DNA of 49,158 nucleotides, filler included, from Streblomastix strix (lineage: Eukaryota): NCBI GenBank assembly GCA_008636045.1. It is 3 parts of 3 records of this genome, joined end to end, with 100 filler letters (N's around TTAATTAATTAA, not from the genome) between each part and the next. Parts side by side here need not be neighbours in the genome. Positions count along the whole stretch, not along the records: positions 16,423 to 32,741 come from SNRW01000836.1; 2 more parts are not named here. The stretch is one strand, 5' to 3'. Position 1 is the first letter of the stretch; every line of letters starts with the position of its first letter. Of the stretch, positions 16,423 to 27,340 are shown in pieces. Both the position numbers and the translations under genes were made by a program. The notes under the pieces were generated by a model. It made no database searches and was not told where the DNA came from. It was given only the letters and a program-made list of their open reading frames with translations.

Positions 16423-19400
16423 TCAAATAAGTATTGGAAGTAATAACAAGAACAACAAGCAGAAGAAGCTAAAAGAATAATGAATGAAGAACATGATTTC
16501 ATGCTATTGTAAGAGTCAAAGAAATTTAATAAACCAATTAGCTTTTAATAGAATAAGGAAAATTTCATAAGTGCAATGTAGAACTAAGAGATGGCATAAA
16601 AAATAAGAAAGTACAAAGGATAACACGTAGAAGAAATAGAAATAGAAACTAGCCATGATGATTAAACACTTTTATTTTTTCCACCTGTTGATGAAGTAAA
16701 ATTTATTGATGGAGTTAGACGTGCAAGGAAAGGGTTTCAACGTAAGAGAGAGATAGGGGATATAGATGGTGTAAGTCCAATATACTACGATAATTATATT
16801 GATTCATTAGATGCAATAGATAAGCATGTAGAATTTGTTTGTAGTGAATAGGGACATAAAGCATTTAAGATATTATTTAATTTTGGAGTTATTATTGAAG
16901 AGTTAGAGGATGATAAGAATGGACAAGAAATTATTACGTATAAATTTCGATTGCCACGAGAAGACACAGCATAAACTCATTTACAAAAGAACATATAGTC
17001 TAATAATGATATTGAAGAGTATAAGTAGTATATCAGGGCTGAGATAATAGAAATGTAAAATTTTAATCTAGACAACACAAAGTTAAGATATGTAGCAATA
17101 TACTCCATGATGATTAAAGTCTTTAAGTTGTAAAAGACAGTTGTCGGAACAAGCATGTAAGAATTAATATAAAAGCATTGGTAAGGACATAGACAAATTT
17201 TATATAGAAATAATGGTGAGTATAACTTGTGTTATATCGAAACTATAGCTAAAGCATTACATCCCGATACAGATGAGAAGCGTTACAAACCGGAATCAAT
17301 TATAAGCTTAGCACGTGATTATCTTGTTGAAGTATTAGACCTACCATTCAAAGCAAAGAGTAGAGAAATGACAAAATATCTTAAAACATTTGAAGGCTTA
17401 GACTATTGGAAGTACTCACAAATCATAACGCCGAAGTTGTTGGTTAATCAGAACATATACTTCTATGATGAAGATAGCAAAACATATTATTAAGGTTAGA
17501 AAATAATACATATTGAAAATGATATACTACAAACAAACGAATAACCTGAGATACCAACTGTGGATATATTAATTGTTTAAGCATCAAACCTTTAGCACGC
17601 ATTTGCAATAGCTAATAAGGAAGCATTAACAGGACTAAAATTTTGTCCGTTTTGTTAAGTAAAAGGATTTGATATCAGGAGTTCAAACTATTCAAGAGAC
17701 TATGAGAGACATGTAGTGAAATGTGAATAGAGAGGTGGCATGTTAGTAAAAACAATCAAATTAGACTAAATACAAAAACCTTATGTACCACATATAGTGT
17801 AGAATAAAACATTTGCATATCTGTTAGCACATGGAAGAGAACAAGAATTTAAACCTATGTAATACTATATAACATATGATTTGGAAACTGTTGAAAAAAT
17901 AGTAAATAAATCATTTGGAAAATCGAGTCACTAGATTTCAGAGTTGGTTCCTGTATCTGTTGCTTCTACAATTAAAAATAAATCAGGTGTCAAAACAATT
18001 TATTATGACTTACTAAATGGTGATAACTTTATAAATTAATGGTTAAAGCAGGTGTTCAATGAAGCTGTTATCGTTTAGTAAGATAATTAGTATCGAACAA
18101 TGATAGGAGTTATAGATAAAGCAATGTAGTATAACGTCGATGTTCCGGTGATTGGATTTAATAGTTCAATGTTTGATTTCTCTTTAATATTCAAGAATTT
18201 GTAATGTGCTGACTGGTAGATAAAGAGTTATATTGGAAGTTCAGGAGTAGCGAAACAAATAGTTGTATAACATAAAAAACTAGATGTTAAATTAAAATTT
18301 ATTGATATACTTACTTACTATGTTCCAATTACTTTAAAGGAATTTGTTAAAACTTTTAATTAAAAAATTGAATCACAGAAAGAAGTATTTCCTTATGAAT
18401 ATATTAACACTGATAACTATAAAGAAATTTTGAAATAACAAGAACCTTTTCCTACTGAGGCATTCAACTCTACTCTAAAAAATACTTAGATGAGATAAGA
18501 AGATTATTACGTATATGTTAATGATGCAAAGTAGTTTAAGACTAGATGGGAATACCTGTAATACTACAATGAGCAAGATACTAAAATAATGATTGAACCA
18601 ATAAATAAACTAATATATATATATATATATATATAGAAAATTTAATATTGATATGTTTAGTTTCATGAGTATGGCAGCATATGCTAATGCAACCAAATAC
18701 GCAAGAGCTTACAAAGACTTTAAAGTAAATGATAACTACCCAATAATTAACGACACATCTCCACGATTTGTTTTGTAATAATAATATTGGAACAGTAAAG
18801 TGTTATCGTACGAGGTGTAAGATAGATGTTAGAAGAGAGACACAACAGACAACGTTAAAGAATAAGGCTTTGAGTATTTTAAACAATTATTCAAAGTTAG
18901 TAAGTGTGCTATTTGTGGAGATGAATTTACGATGAATAACAAACCAACACCTGATAGAATAAACAATTTAAAAGGTCATTCAAAAGTTAACGTATAACCT
19001 GCGTGTTTGTATTGTAATTGTTTTTGTTCTAACAAAGATAAAAGCATTAGTAAGTTATTCTTATAATTAAGACGATATTGTAGTTTCAATTGCTTTCCAA
19101 CTAATTTAACAGACTTTAATACTTACAAACTAATCAGAAAATGGATTATGAGGGGACTGTCTAACGTGATGCACATGGTTAATGTTGCAGGATAATATTT
19201 TATAAAGAAATTTTAATATGACTCAATTAATAAAGAGGTACGAGTCATAACATCAGAATATTAAATAACTCATATAATAGGAATAGATTTTAATTCTCTA
19301 TATCCAAGTGTACGTCATCTGAATATCATAAGTTCATTAAATATATAAGTTGAAAAATGTATATGCCTGGGTCAGTCAGTGGTAAAGTTATTTGCGATTC

Positions 19401-20671
19401 AGTAGAGAACAAACAAAAAATACTAGATATAATAAATAGCTAAAATAGATATAAAGACAAAGGTTAATTATTTATTGCAGAAGTTAAGGGACACATTGAT
19501 GTGAACTATTTGAATGATTACATTAATTTCCCTCCTATATTACGGAACTATGAATTTCAAACTAATAAAGAAACAATAGGTGAATACATGTATTAACATA
19601 TGAAAAGCAATGGAATAAAAGTTGATTAGAAACAACGGAAGTTAACAAACTTATTATCTACTTACAACGGATGTTCTGCAGGGCAGACTATGTGTAGTTA
19701 TATGTCGTTCTGTAGTTATTACTTGTGGTTTCTTATTGATGATTGTCATTTCATAATTGATGATGTTAAGTAAATAATATTGTTTAATAAGCTTGACAAG
19801 TTCAATACGTTTGTTAAAGAATTTACAAATCAAAGAATAGATGCAAAGATTAATGGAAATAAAAGATTAGAACAATTCTGTAAAATTATCTTGAATAGTT
19901 CTTACGGTAGTGATGGAATGAGTACAGAGAAATATACAAAAATAAAAATGATGAATGAGAAACAAACTATGTAAGCACAGTTGTCTAATATGTTTATGAA
20001 TGATTAGAAGTTGTCAGACAACGTATATGCAGTACAAATGAATCCAGACAAATGTAAATGTAAAACACCATTGCAAGTTGCGTACTTTGTTTTAGACAAT
20101 GCAAAGTATTGGTATCTTAATTTTATCTATAATTTTATGTACAAGTGTTTTGATATGAATAAGCTTCATTTCATAGAAGGAGATACTGACTCAGCGTATT
20201 GGGCTGTATCTGGCAATTCAAACGAAAGTTATAAACAACAGTTCAAGTACGTTATAAAGGATTAATAATTTTACAATGAAAAATGCAAAGTATTTCTTTC
20301 CAACGATTGAAGGTGATTTGTTAGATGAAAAGAAGATACTAGGGTTAGCAATTGAAAGAGAAGGAACAGAGATGATAGCATTAGCACCTAAAAACTATTA
20401 CATAATGGTTGATGATAAAACAAAAATAAAATTAAAAGGAATTAATTAATCAACTAACAAAATAATTAAAGCACAAATAGTAGAGAACATTGTTGAAGGA
20501 ACAATAACGATGTGTATAAACATGAGACTAGGTTAGAAAAGTTACTAGATGTCAAAATTAGCAATAGAAAAGAATAGTATAACACGTTGTCATACTAAAG
20601 CAATTGTATTGAGTAATTAATCATGTTGTCCTTTTATCTTTGGTTTGAAAGCTAAGAATTATTCATTTTGA
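16423..20671 (+). pseudogene. Protein-primed family B DNA polymerase (pPolB), 5'-truncated by the gap and frameshifted
   Basis: Exonuclease motifs TYDLET, IGFNSSMFDF and YNEQD. Polymerase motifs GIDFNSLYPS, KIILNSSYG, FIEGDTDS, LAPKNY and KLKG. Frameshifts near 18613-18635 (AT repeat), about 19310 and about 20281. TGA at 20669-20671. Confidence 0.92.
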
Positions 20672-21727
20672 CGATTTCTTTTTCTTCTTCTTCTTCAATT
20701 ATTTTTATGCTTTAATTGTTTCATCCATTTCTTTTTCTTTAATATAATTTTTCTTACTTTTACTTTTATTTGCTTTCTCTGCTTTTGTTAGTGTAGAATT
20801 TAATTGAATATATGAAGGTATGTTATGTTCTAAGTATCTCATTCCTATTTTCTTTTAACTATAAGGGTCTTTACTAATAGAATTACGATCACAGTCCATT
20901 GATCCAAGCTTATAGTTCATAGCTTCATTTTCTTATAGCATTTATTATATTTATAAATCTTATTGTTATTCTTCGGCTAGCTTGTACTATAAGAATGACT
21001 CTGTGTCTTACTGTGGTTATATGTTCTGGTTATCTAACAATACATCATCGGGTAATTGAATTTGGTTACCTGATTCTTAGAATTATTTATCTTTTTAAAG
21101 TTCTTTTTCTTTCTCTTTTTCAGTACCTAATTCTATGTTTAGTTCTCGTTCTTCTTTCTAATTAAGTGGTAATATATTAGAACCTAAGTTTTAACTTTAT
21201 TAGTTTATCAAAGCATTATAATTTGTTTTTGGAAATGGAATATATTAACCTGGTTAGCCAGCAGCAATACGTGCGTTAACATTAGATATATCGATTAGTA
21301 CTGGGTCTCCAACTCCAACTTAGTTATCAAGTATTTATTTTACAATAGCTTATGCTTACACTTAATCCAATATTAAATTTTAGCCTATGCTTGGATAACT
21401 TTATCTACTACGTGTTTCATATCCTGAAGGTTCTTATCGATAAGACTAGAGGTATGACTATTATTTATTGTAAAACGATTATGTATCGTTTGGGTATTAT
21501 TATTATTACGAAGGAGATTTTAATTTTTATTGGTTCAATAAGTCAGCGAATTGATTTTTGAGATACATTTATTTACTACCTTTATAGTTATGTTCATCTA
21601 ATTTTTCAAGAATAAGATCTTTTAAAGCATCAGCATTCTATCCCCATCCAACATTACTAATGTATAGTTTTTTAGCTGTTTCTATTAATTCCGTTTTATT
21701 TGCTTTATTAATATTCTTATGAGCCAT
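20663..21727 (-). CDS. Q-rich viral protein with an N-terminal HeH/Rho-N-like helix pair and a basic C-terminal tail
   Basis: 1065-nt open frame. N-terminus NKTELIETAKKLYISNVGWGQNADALKDLILEKL. Possible internal start at 21568. The stop overlaps the pPolB stop region. Confidence 0.55.
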
Positions 21728-21743
21728 TTTAATTAACTAAAAA

Positions 21744-21992
21744 ATGTAAGTAAGGGAATATATGGCATATAACACATTTCTTTCTTCATTAGTTTGTGCA
21801 GCTACTAATTCAGACTTTTGTATAGAATTAAGGTTTATATTACAGTAGTTTAATAAACGTTTGAAGATGGAGTAGATTAAATTGATTATTGAATTAGCAG
21901 AAACAAATAGTTAAGAAGCAGTAATATAGTTAATGAATATGTTAGAGGAGTAGAGAAGATTTAAAAATAATGTAATTGAATCAATTGCTTGA
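21744..21992 (+). CDS. Small hypothetical viral protein (82 aa)
   Basis: ATG to TGA open frame with TAR=Gln. Confidence 0.5.
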
Positions 21993-22002
21993 TAAATCTT
22001 AT

Positions 22003-22327
22003 TCATTATTTTTTTTCTTAATCTTGTTCTGTTTTATTATACTTATCTAATATGTTAATTATACTAATTGTATCTTCTTCATTCAGTTATATTTTTAAAT
22101 TTATTGGATAGCTACGCGTTATAGTTAAGTTATACTCTATCTAAATTTCTTATTTATTTCTGCTTATCTTTTCTTAAACTAATTCCTTTATTCTCTAGCT
22201 TTAGACTTGGCTTGTTCTTCAGTTTCATATTTCTTTGGTCTTCCACACTTAGCACCTTCTTTTCTTTCATATTTTTTTTAGGCTTAGTGATTTGTTATTC
22301 ATTAATGTTATTATTTTCCATTTCCAT
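22003..22327 (-). pseudogene. Small basic protein with an AT-hook-like GRPKKY motif, frameshifted
   Basis: KEGAKCGRPKKYETEEQAK is one frame off the upstream ATG, at an A-run. Confidence 0.4.
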
Positions 22328-23474
22328 TCCGATTAGATAAAAAAGTTCTTTTATATTTAATATCTAATTTTTCTAAGTTATCCGATACCTTCTTAGCGAA
22401 ATAAATGGATATCTCAACATCTTCTATATTCTTATAAGGTTATAGTAATTTACATACTATATTTCCATTCTTATATTTTTCAAACACTGCTAATTAATTA
22501 AAATTTATTCTTTATTTTTCAAACTAATGTGATGTTTTTGTTAAATCCAAGTGTATTAAAATAATTTTACCTTTCTCTAATTTTGTAAATTAATTCTAAC
22601 GTTATTTAATATTCTCTAACTTCTTCATCTACTACCTTATGTATATATCTTCTAAATCTTAATCAGTATTTACCTGTAAAGGACTATACACCATATCAAA
22701 TGATTGATGTGGTTTATCATTATAATATTTAATTATCTATTACATTGTTTATGTATTACTAATATCTTAACCAACAAACGCATCTCTTATTGTTCTGATA
22801 ACTCTATCAACTATTCTATTTTTATTTGTAAATTGTGACTTGCTTATAAAGTATTATATATGATGAACTGCTAAAAAATCTTGAACAATTTTACTGCCAC
22901 AAGCGCTTTCTCCATCTGTTCGAATATTAGTTACGTTCTATTGTTTGATTAATTAATCAAGACATTTTAATATCTCTTCTGTTGTCTTGTTCTTCATCTC
23001 AAAAACAACTAAAAATTTAGTGTTGATATTAATACAAAACAAATATATTTTCTCGAATTTCTTTATTGTCGGGTGATTAATGAAAACTATATCTATTTCC
23101 CACGAACCAAGTGATTTAGAGATATATGATCTTTAGTATTACTTTAGTGGTTTTAGTTTGTAGTCATATATCTTATTTTATTTATCAAAAGGATTAAAAA
23201 CTTCCTCATTAATGACTTAAGGTTATTTATTAATTCTAGGATTTGCTTTATAATTTTCATTATGATATTCATAGAACTTATCTAAGCATTATTTGTATAA
23301 CTCTTATATTGTTTTTATATGTTTTACTTTAGAACCTCCAACACCTTACGTATATTGTTTTTATAAGTCGTTAGGTTTAAAGTTTGTTTCAAACTAATGG
23401 TTTAGACTAGTTATAAATTCTTTAATGTTTAACTTATTAATTTCCCAAGCTTTATCTTTTATGAATTTATTCAT
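22299..23474 (-). CDS. Retroviral-like (rve) integrase of Polinton type
   Basis: 1176-nt open frame. WEIDIVF (D1), YLFCININTKFL, IRTDGE (D2), NRIVDRVIRTIRD (third acidic residue is D), YYNDKPHQS. Confidence 0.85.
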
Positions 23475-23491
23475 TTTTAATTAAAAATAAT

Positions 23492-24963
23492 TCATTATAT
23501 ATACTATATCTCTAACAGTAAGTTATTATATATATCTAACCATTTGTTTGGAACTCTTCAACCAAAGTTATCATAAAGCTTAAATACAAAAGATCTATTT
23601 GGTCCCATTAGTCCAGTCTAAGATAACATATTCAAACCCCATTGAACAGGTGAACCAATAAGATTATATTTAAAGCAAACATTAGAAAATCCAACATAAT
23701 TAATGGCCTGCATTATTGACCCCTGTAACTGATATTCAACACATATAATTAACATTTACGGATATTCAAAGAAATTTCCGATAAATGGACAAAATATTGG
23801 AATGTCTGATTGTTATGATTATTAACTTTATCTTGTTTTATAAAACCAATTATCCAATTACATTATTTTTTCACTAGAAGCCATATTGACAAGTTAGTTA
23901 GAGTTATTTAGTTATTACTATCATACAAATCCAAACCACCAGTTATTTATATGTATAAGTTATTAGACATTCATATACAATGACAAAACCAATACTATTA
24001 AACAGACGTTACGTAATCATTAACAACTTAAGCAATATATTAACCATATTGAGTCATTAGTCCAACAGATTAATAAATAGATTTCCACTACAGAACAGAC
24101 AACCCAGGTAATGAACATATCCTTCTAACTGGTAAAGTATTAATACTATTTGTTACCTACTACATCGTAAGTTGCTATACATTAATGGGGTTCTCATCAG
24201 ATACAACTATTTTACCTTAAGTATCTAAAGTAATTTGTATTCCATAGTTATATCTTATTTTCAATGAATAACTTCCACCTACATCATGTGCTTCACAAGT
24301 TGTAATAAAGTTATTAGCCGTAGGTTCATATAATCTTACAAGCCCGATACATCTATATGCAAAAGCTAATTCTTAGTCATATATCCAATAATGATATAAG
24401 AAAGCATCAATCCTAAGATTTACATAGTTTAATGCTGAGCTGTATATATCAGATCCATTGTTTATGTTTAGTTTGTAAGTATTATTTGATAACTTTTAAG
24501 TATGTTCATTTACGCTTCCACTGAAACATATAGCATTAGAGTTTGCACTATTAACTGTATCAAAAAATATTTCATTTGTATCTTCAAAAGACTACATATT
24601 TGCAAGCTTTACAGCATGAACATTAGGATTATATAGATATGATTACCTATCTGTATCTAAGATATAGATGTTATCTATTATAGTATTCATCTTAATCCTA
24701 ATAGATGAAATTTTATTAATGGGAAACAACTTGTAAATATTGTCTTAATTGTTGATTTGTTCATAAAATTTTAATGTATCAGATGTTATAAGATTGTGTC
24801 GTATTTCTATATAGTCATTATTAAGATAATAACATAAATTTAAAGGTATATTGTTTGGGCTGTTTAATTAAAATTATCTATAGCCTGTCGGAGCTTATAT
24901 GATCTATTCTACATAATCTTTTTCTGAATCATTGTTAATAATTTACAAACCTATTTGTGTCAT
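23492..24963 (-). CDS. Conserved ~490-aa element protein, candidate minor capsid (penton); probably carries one indel
   Basis: Strong homology to 32857-34320 (MTQIGLQIINNDSEKDYVE...CPFIGNFFEYP). Beta-rich. Function inferred from context only. Confidence 0.5.
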
Positions 24964-24978
24964 TTAATATAAGAAAAA

Positions 24979-25015
24979 TTTGAAGACTTCGTCATGGAGT
25001 GAAACGAAAGAATTT
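24979..25015 (+). repeat. Left arm of an imperfect inverted repeat flanking the HNH gene
   Basis: TTTGAAGACTTCGTCAT (24979-24995) is the exact reverse complement of 25910-25926. Imperfect similarity extends about 20 nt inward. Confidence 0.8.
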
Positions 25016-25197
25016 CATAATTAATGGCTAAGATTAATGACAAATAAAAATAAAAAAATAATATTATTAATTTAGTTCTCATTTACCAATTGAATATATT
25101 ATTGGGTCAGACTTTTTAAAACCGAACCCAAAACATGTTCATTTTATCATCAAAAATATTAACATTGAGTCAACGTTTTTATATCGAACCCAATTAT

Positions 25198-25776
25198 TCA
25201 GTCTAACCCTCTAATTTTCTTAAACTTATTAATAGCAATTTTTCGCCTATGTTTAGTTGTGTCTTAAACATTTATATAATATGATTTTCCTTTATTTAAA
25301 TTTAAGTGTAATTCTCGATATTGAACCCCATTAAAAAAATAAAAATTATTATTATCAAAATATAAATTCTCAAAATTATATCCAAGGTATTCATCTACTA
25401 CTATAACTTCGTTGCTTAATTCTTAAACATAATCATATTTATCTAAATGCGCATGAGATTTTTTATTTTTATCGTTATCTGATGGAGAAACCCATCTTAA
25501 GTTACTTAAATCATTATTTAATCTGTTCTAATCCTTATGGTCAATTTGCGTTTGATTTAATGGGTCATCATTAGATATATATTAATATCCTAATAATCTA
25601 TGAAGTTATATATTTTTACCACCAACGGACAATTATAAATATCCACCATTTGTTTCATTAATGCATAGTTCAAAATCATCATAAATTCTTCTGATTTTCC
25701 ATGGTTATTATGTTGTAATCATATAATTATTATCTATTGTCAAAAATCTCCATTCAACTTTATTTTCTGATTCCAT
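25198..25776 (-). CDS. HNH (HNH_3/NUMOD4-type) endonuclease, 192 aa
   Basis: GYLQLSVGGKNIQLHRLLG...IDHKDQNRLNNDLSNLRWVSPSDN; intact 579-nt frame. Confidence 0.85.
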
Positions 25777-25887
25777 TTTATATCCAGGTTAAAAATTAAA
25801 ATAAAAATAAACTAAAGTTTTTATTACCTCAGTTCATATATTACAATAGGTATCGGTATTTTTCACCGACACCCACTTACGTACTCA

Positions 25888-25926
25888 AAATTTTTTAGTC
25901 TTCGACTCAATGACGAAGTCTTCAAA
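25888..25926 (-). repeat. Right arm of the imperfect inverted repeat flanking the HNH gene
   Basis: ATGACGAAGTCTTCAAA at 25910-25926. Confidence 0.8.
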
Positions 25927-25943
25927 AATAATCCTTATAAAAA

Positions 25944-26237
25944 TCATAAAATTCTTACGTCTCTAATTATATCTTCTATTGCGTTATCAAATTAGTCAAG
26001 TAATTCAAGTCTAATATTTTCATCATTCTCTAAAGCCATAGGTTCTGTAAATGAATAAGCTAAACCAACTAATCTTCTGATTATTTTTTTCTTGATTTGT
26101 TCCCTCATTTCATTTATTTACATTTTATACTCTTTTATTTCCTCACAATATTATTTAATCTAATCTTCCTGTTTCATACTATCACTTCTGTACGATTTAT
26201 TCATAGTAATTTTATTTTACTCATTAATTTATTCCAT
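25944..26237 (-). CDS. Small coiled-coil hypothetical protein (97 aa)
   Basis: 294-nt open frame. Positional counterpart at about 35193-35508 in copy B. Confidence 0.5.
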
Positions 26238-26289
26238 TTATACGAGGATAAAAATAATAAAAATAAAATAAGTTTCATTTCATTAATGA

Positions 26290-26607
26290 ATCAAAAAACT
26301 CCTAATCTTCTTTTTACTATTTGTCTAACTATTATTTTTCTTCTTATGTTAATTTCTTTAACTATGTTTTTTATATTACATTATTTATGTCAGTTGGATA
26401 TATTACTTAGTATAATCCATAAGCCTTTAACAATTTATAATATTTTACTTTACCAATTTTTGATTCGGTTAGTTAATAGAATTGTTTGTTATATAACCTT
26501 AAACCATTAAACGAACACTAACCAATCTTATTAACATTCATACCATGAATATTAACATTTTCTTATAATTAACGGAATGATTAATTATCTTCAGTTGAAT
26601 ATTTCAT
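26290..26607 (-). CDS. Small basic hypothetical protein
   Basis: Open frame MKYSTEDNQSFRQ...RRKIIVRQIVKRRLGVF-TGA; end coordinate approximate. Confidence 0.4.
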
Positions 26608-26650
26608 TTAATAATCAGATAAAAAAATAAAAATAAAAAAATAATTAATA

Positions 26651-26860
26651 TCACTAACCTTTATTTAGATAATTACTTACTCCTCCTGCAAGTCTAGAAC
26701 CTATACCCATCACAGCACCTACACCTGGATGTAGTGTTGAGACAGAACCGGCTAATGTACTTAGAACTTTGTTCAAAGTTGGACCTACCCAACCAGCTGC
26801 TTTCTTTATTCCACAAAGTATTTTACTACCGAAATTCTTCAAGCCTGACCAAAAACCCAT
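26651..26860 (-). CDS. 69-aa amphipathic Gly-rich protein with an adenovirus protein VI-like N-terminus (candidate membrane-lytic virion peptide)
   Basis: MGFWSGLKNFGSKILCGIKKAAGWVGPTLNKVL...; conserved homolog at 36165-36374. Confidence 0.75.
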
Positions 26861-26910
26861 TTATTATATTAAAAATAATCGAAACGAATCAAAACTATTA
26901 GTGTCTCGAA

Positions 26911-27258
26911 TCAAAAATTACCATTATACAACATTAACTGTTATATATCAAAGGGTATTTGATCTGAGTTTATTCCTGTGTTTGGAATAAAAGAAATCCA
27001 ACGTAAGTTTTCAATTCTATTATCCTTGGTATCATTGTTTATATGGTCTAAGTATAAAGCATTATCAGGAATTGTTAAAAATTATGTAGCGATAACTCTA
27101 TCGTATCTATATTTTTACTTAGTTAGTTATACCTTGTAATAATTATCTGATTTATAAAGTTCAAGTGGAACAATACGTTAATCTTTTATTTATCTTATTG
27201 TATGAGGCTCTTCTGTTAATATTTTAAAGTTATTATCTATTTTTAATATTTCAAACAT
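26911..27258 (-). CDS. Second, shorter HNH-family protein (115 aa)
   Basis: YDRVIATQF...LDHINNDTKDNRIENLRWI; absent from copy B. Confidence 0.7.
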
Positions 27259-27340
27259 TGTTATTTATAATGATATAAAAATAAATTCACAAATTTCATA
27301 GATTATGATTAAGATTAATAGTTATTTCATTTCATAATAA

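Noticed and set aside
26097..26510. Hydrophobic plus-strand ORFs (26097-26510, 33776-34081, 44334-44771, 338-808)
   Set aside because: Antisense to better-supported minus-strand frames; hydrophobicity reflects T-rich complementary sequence.
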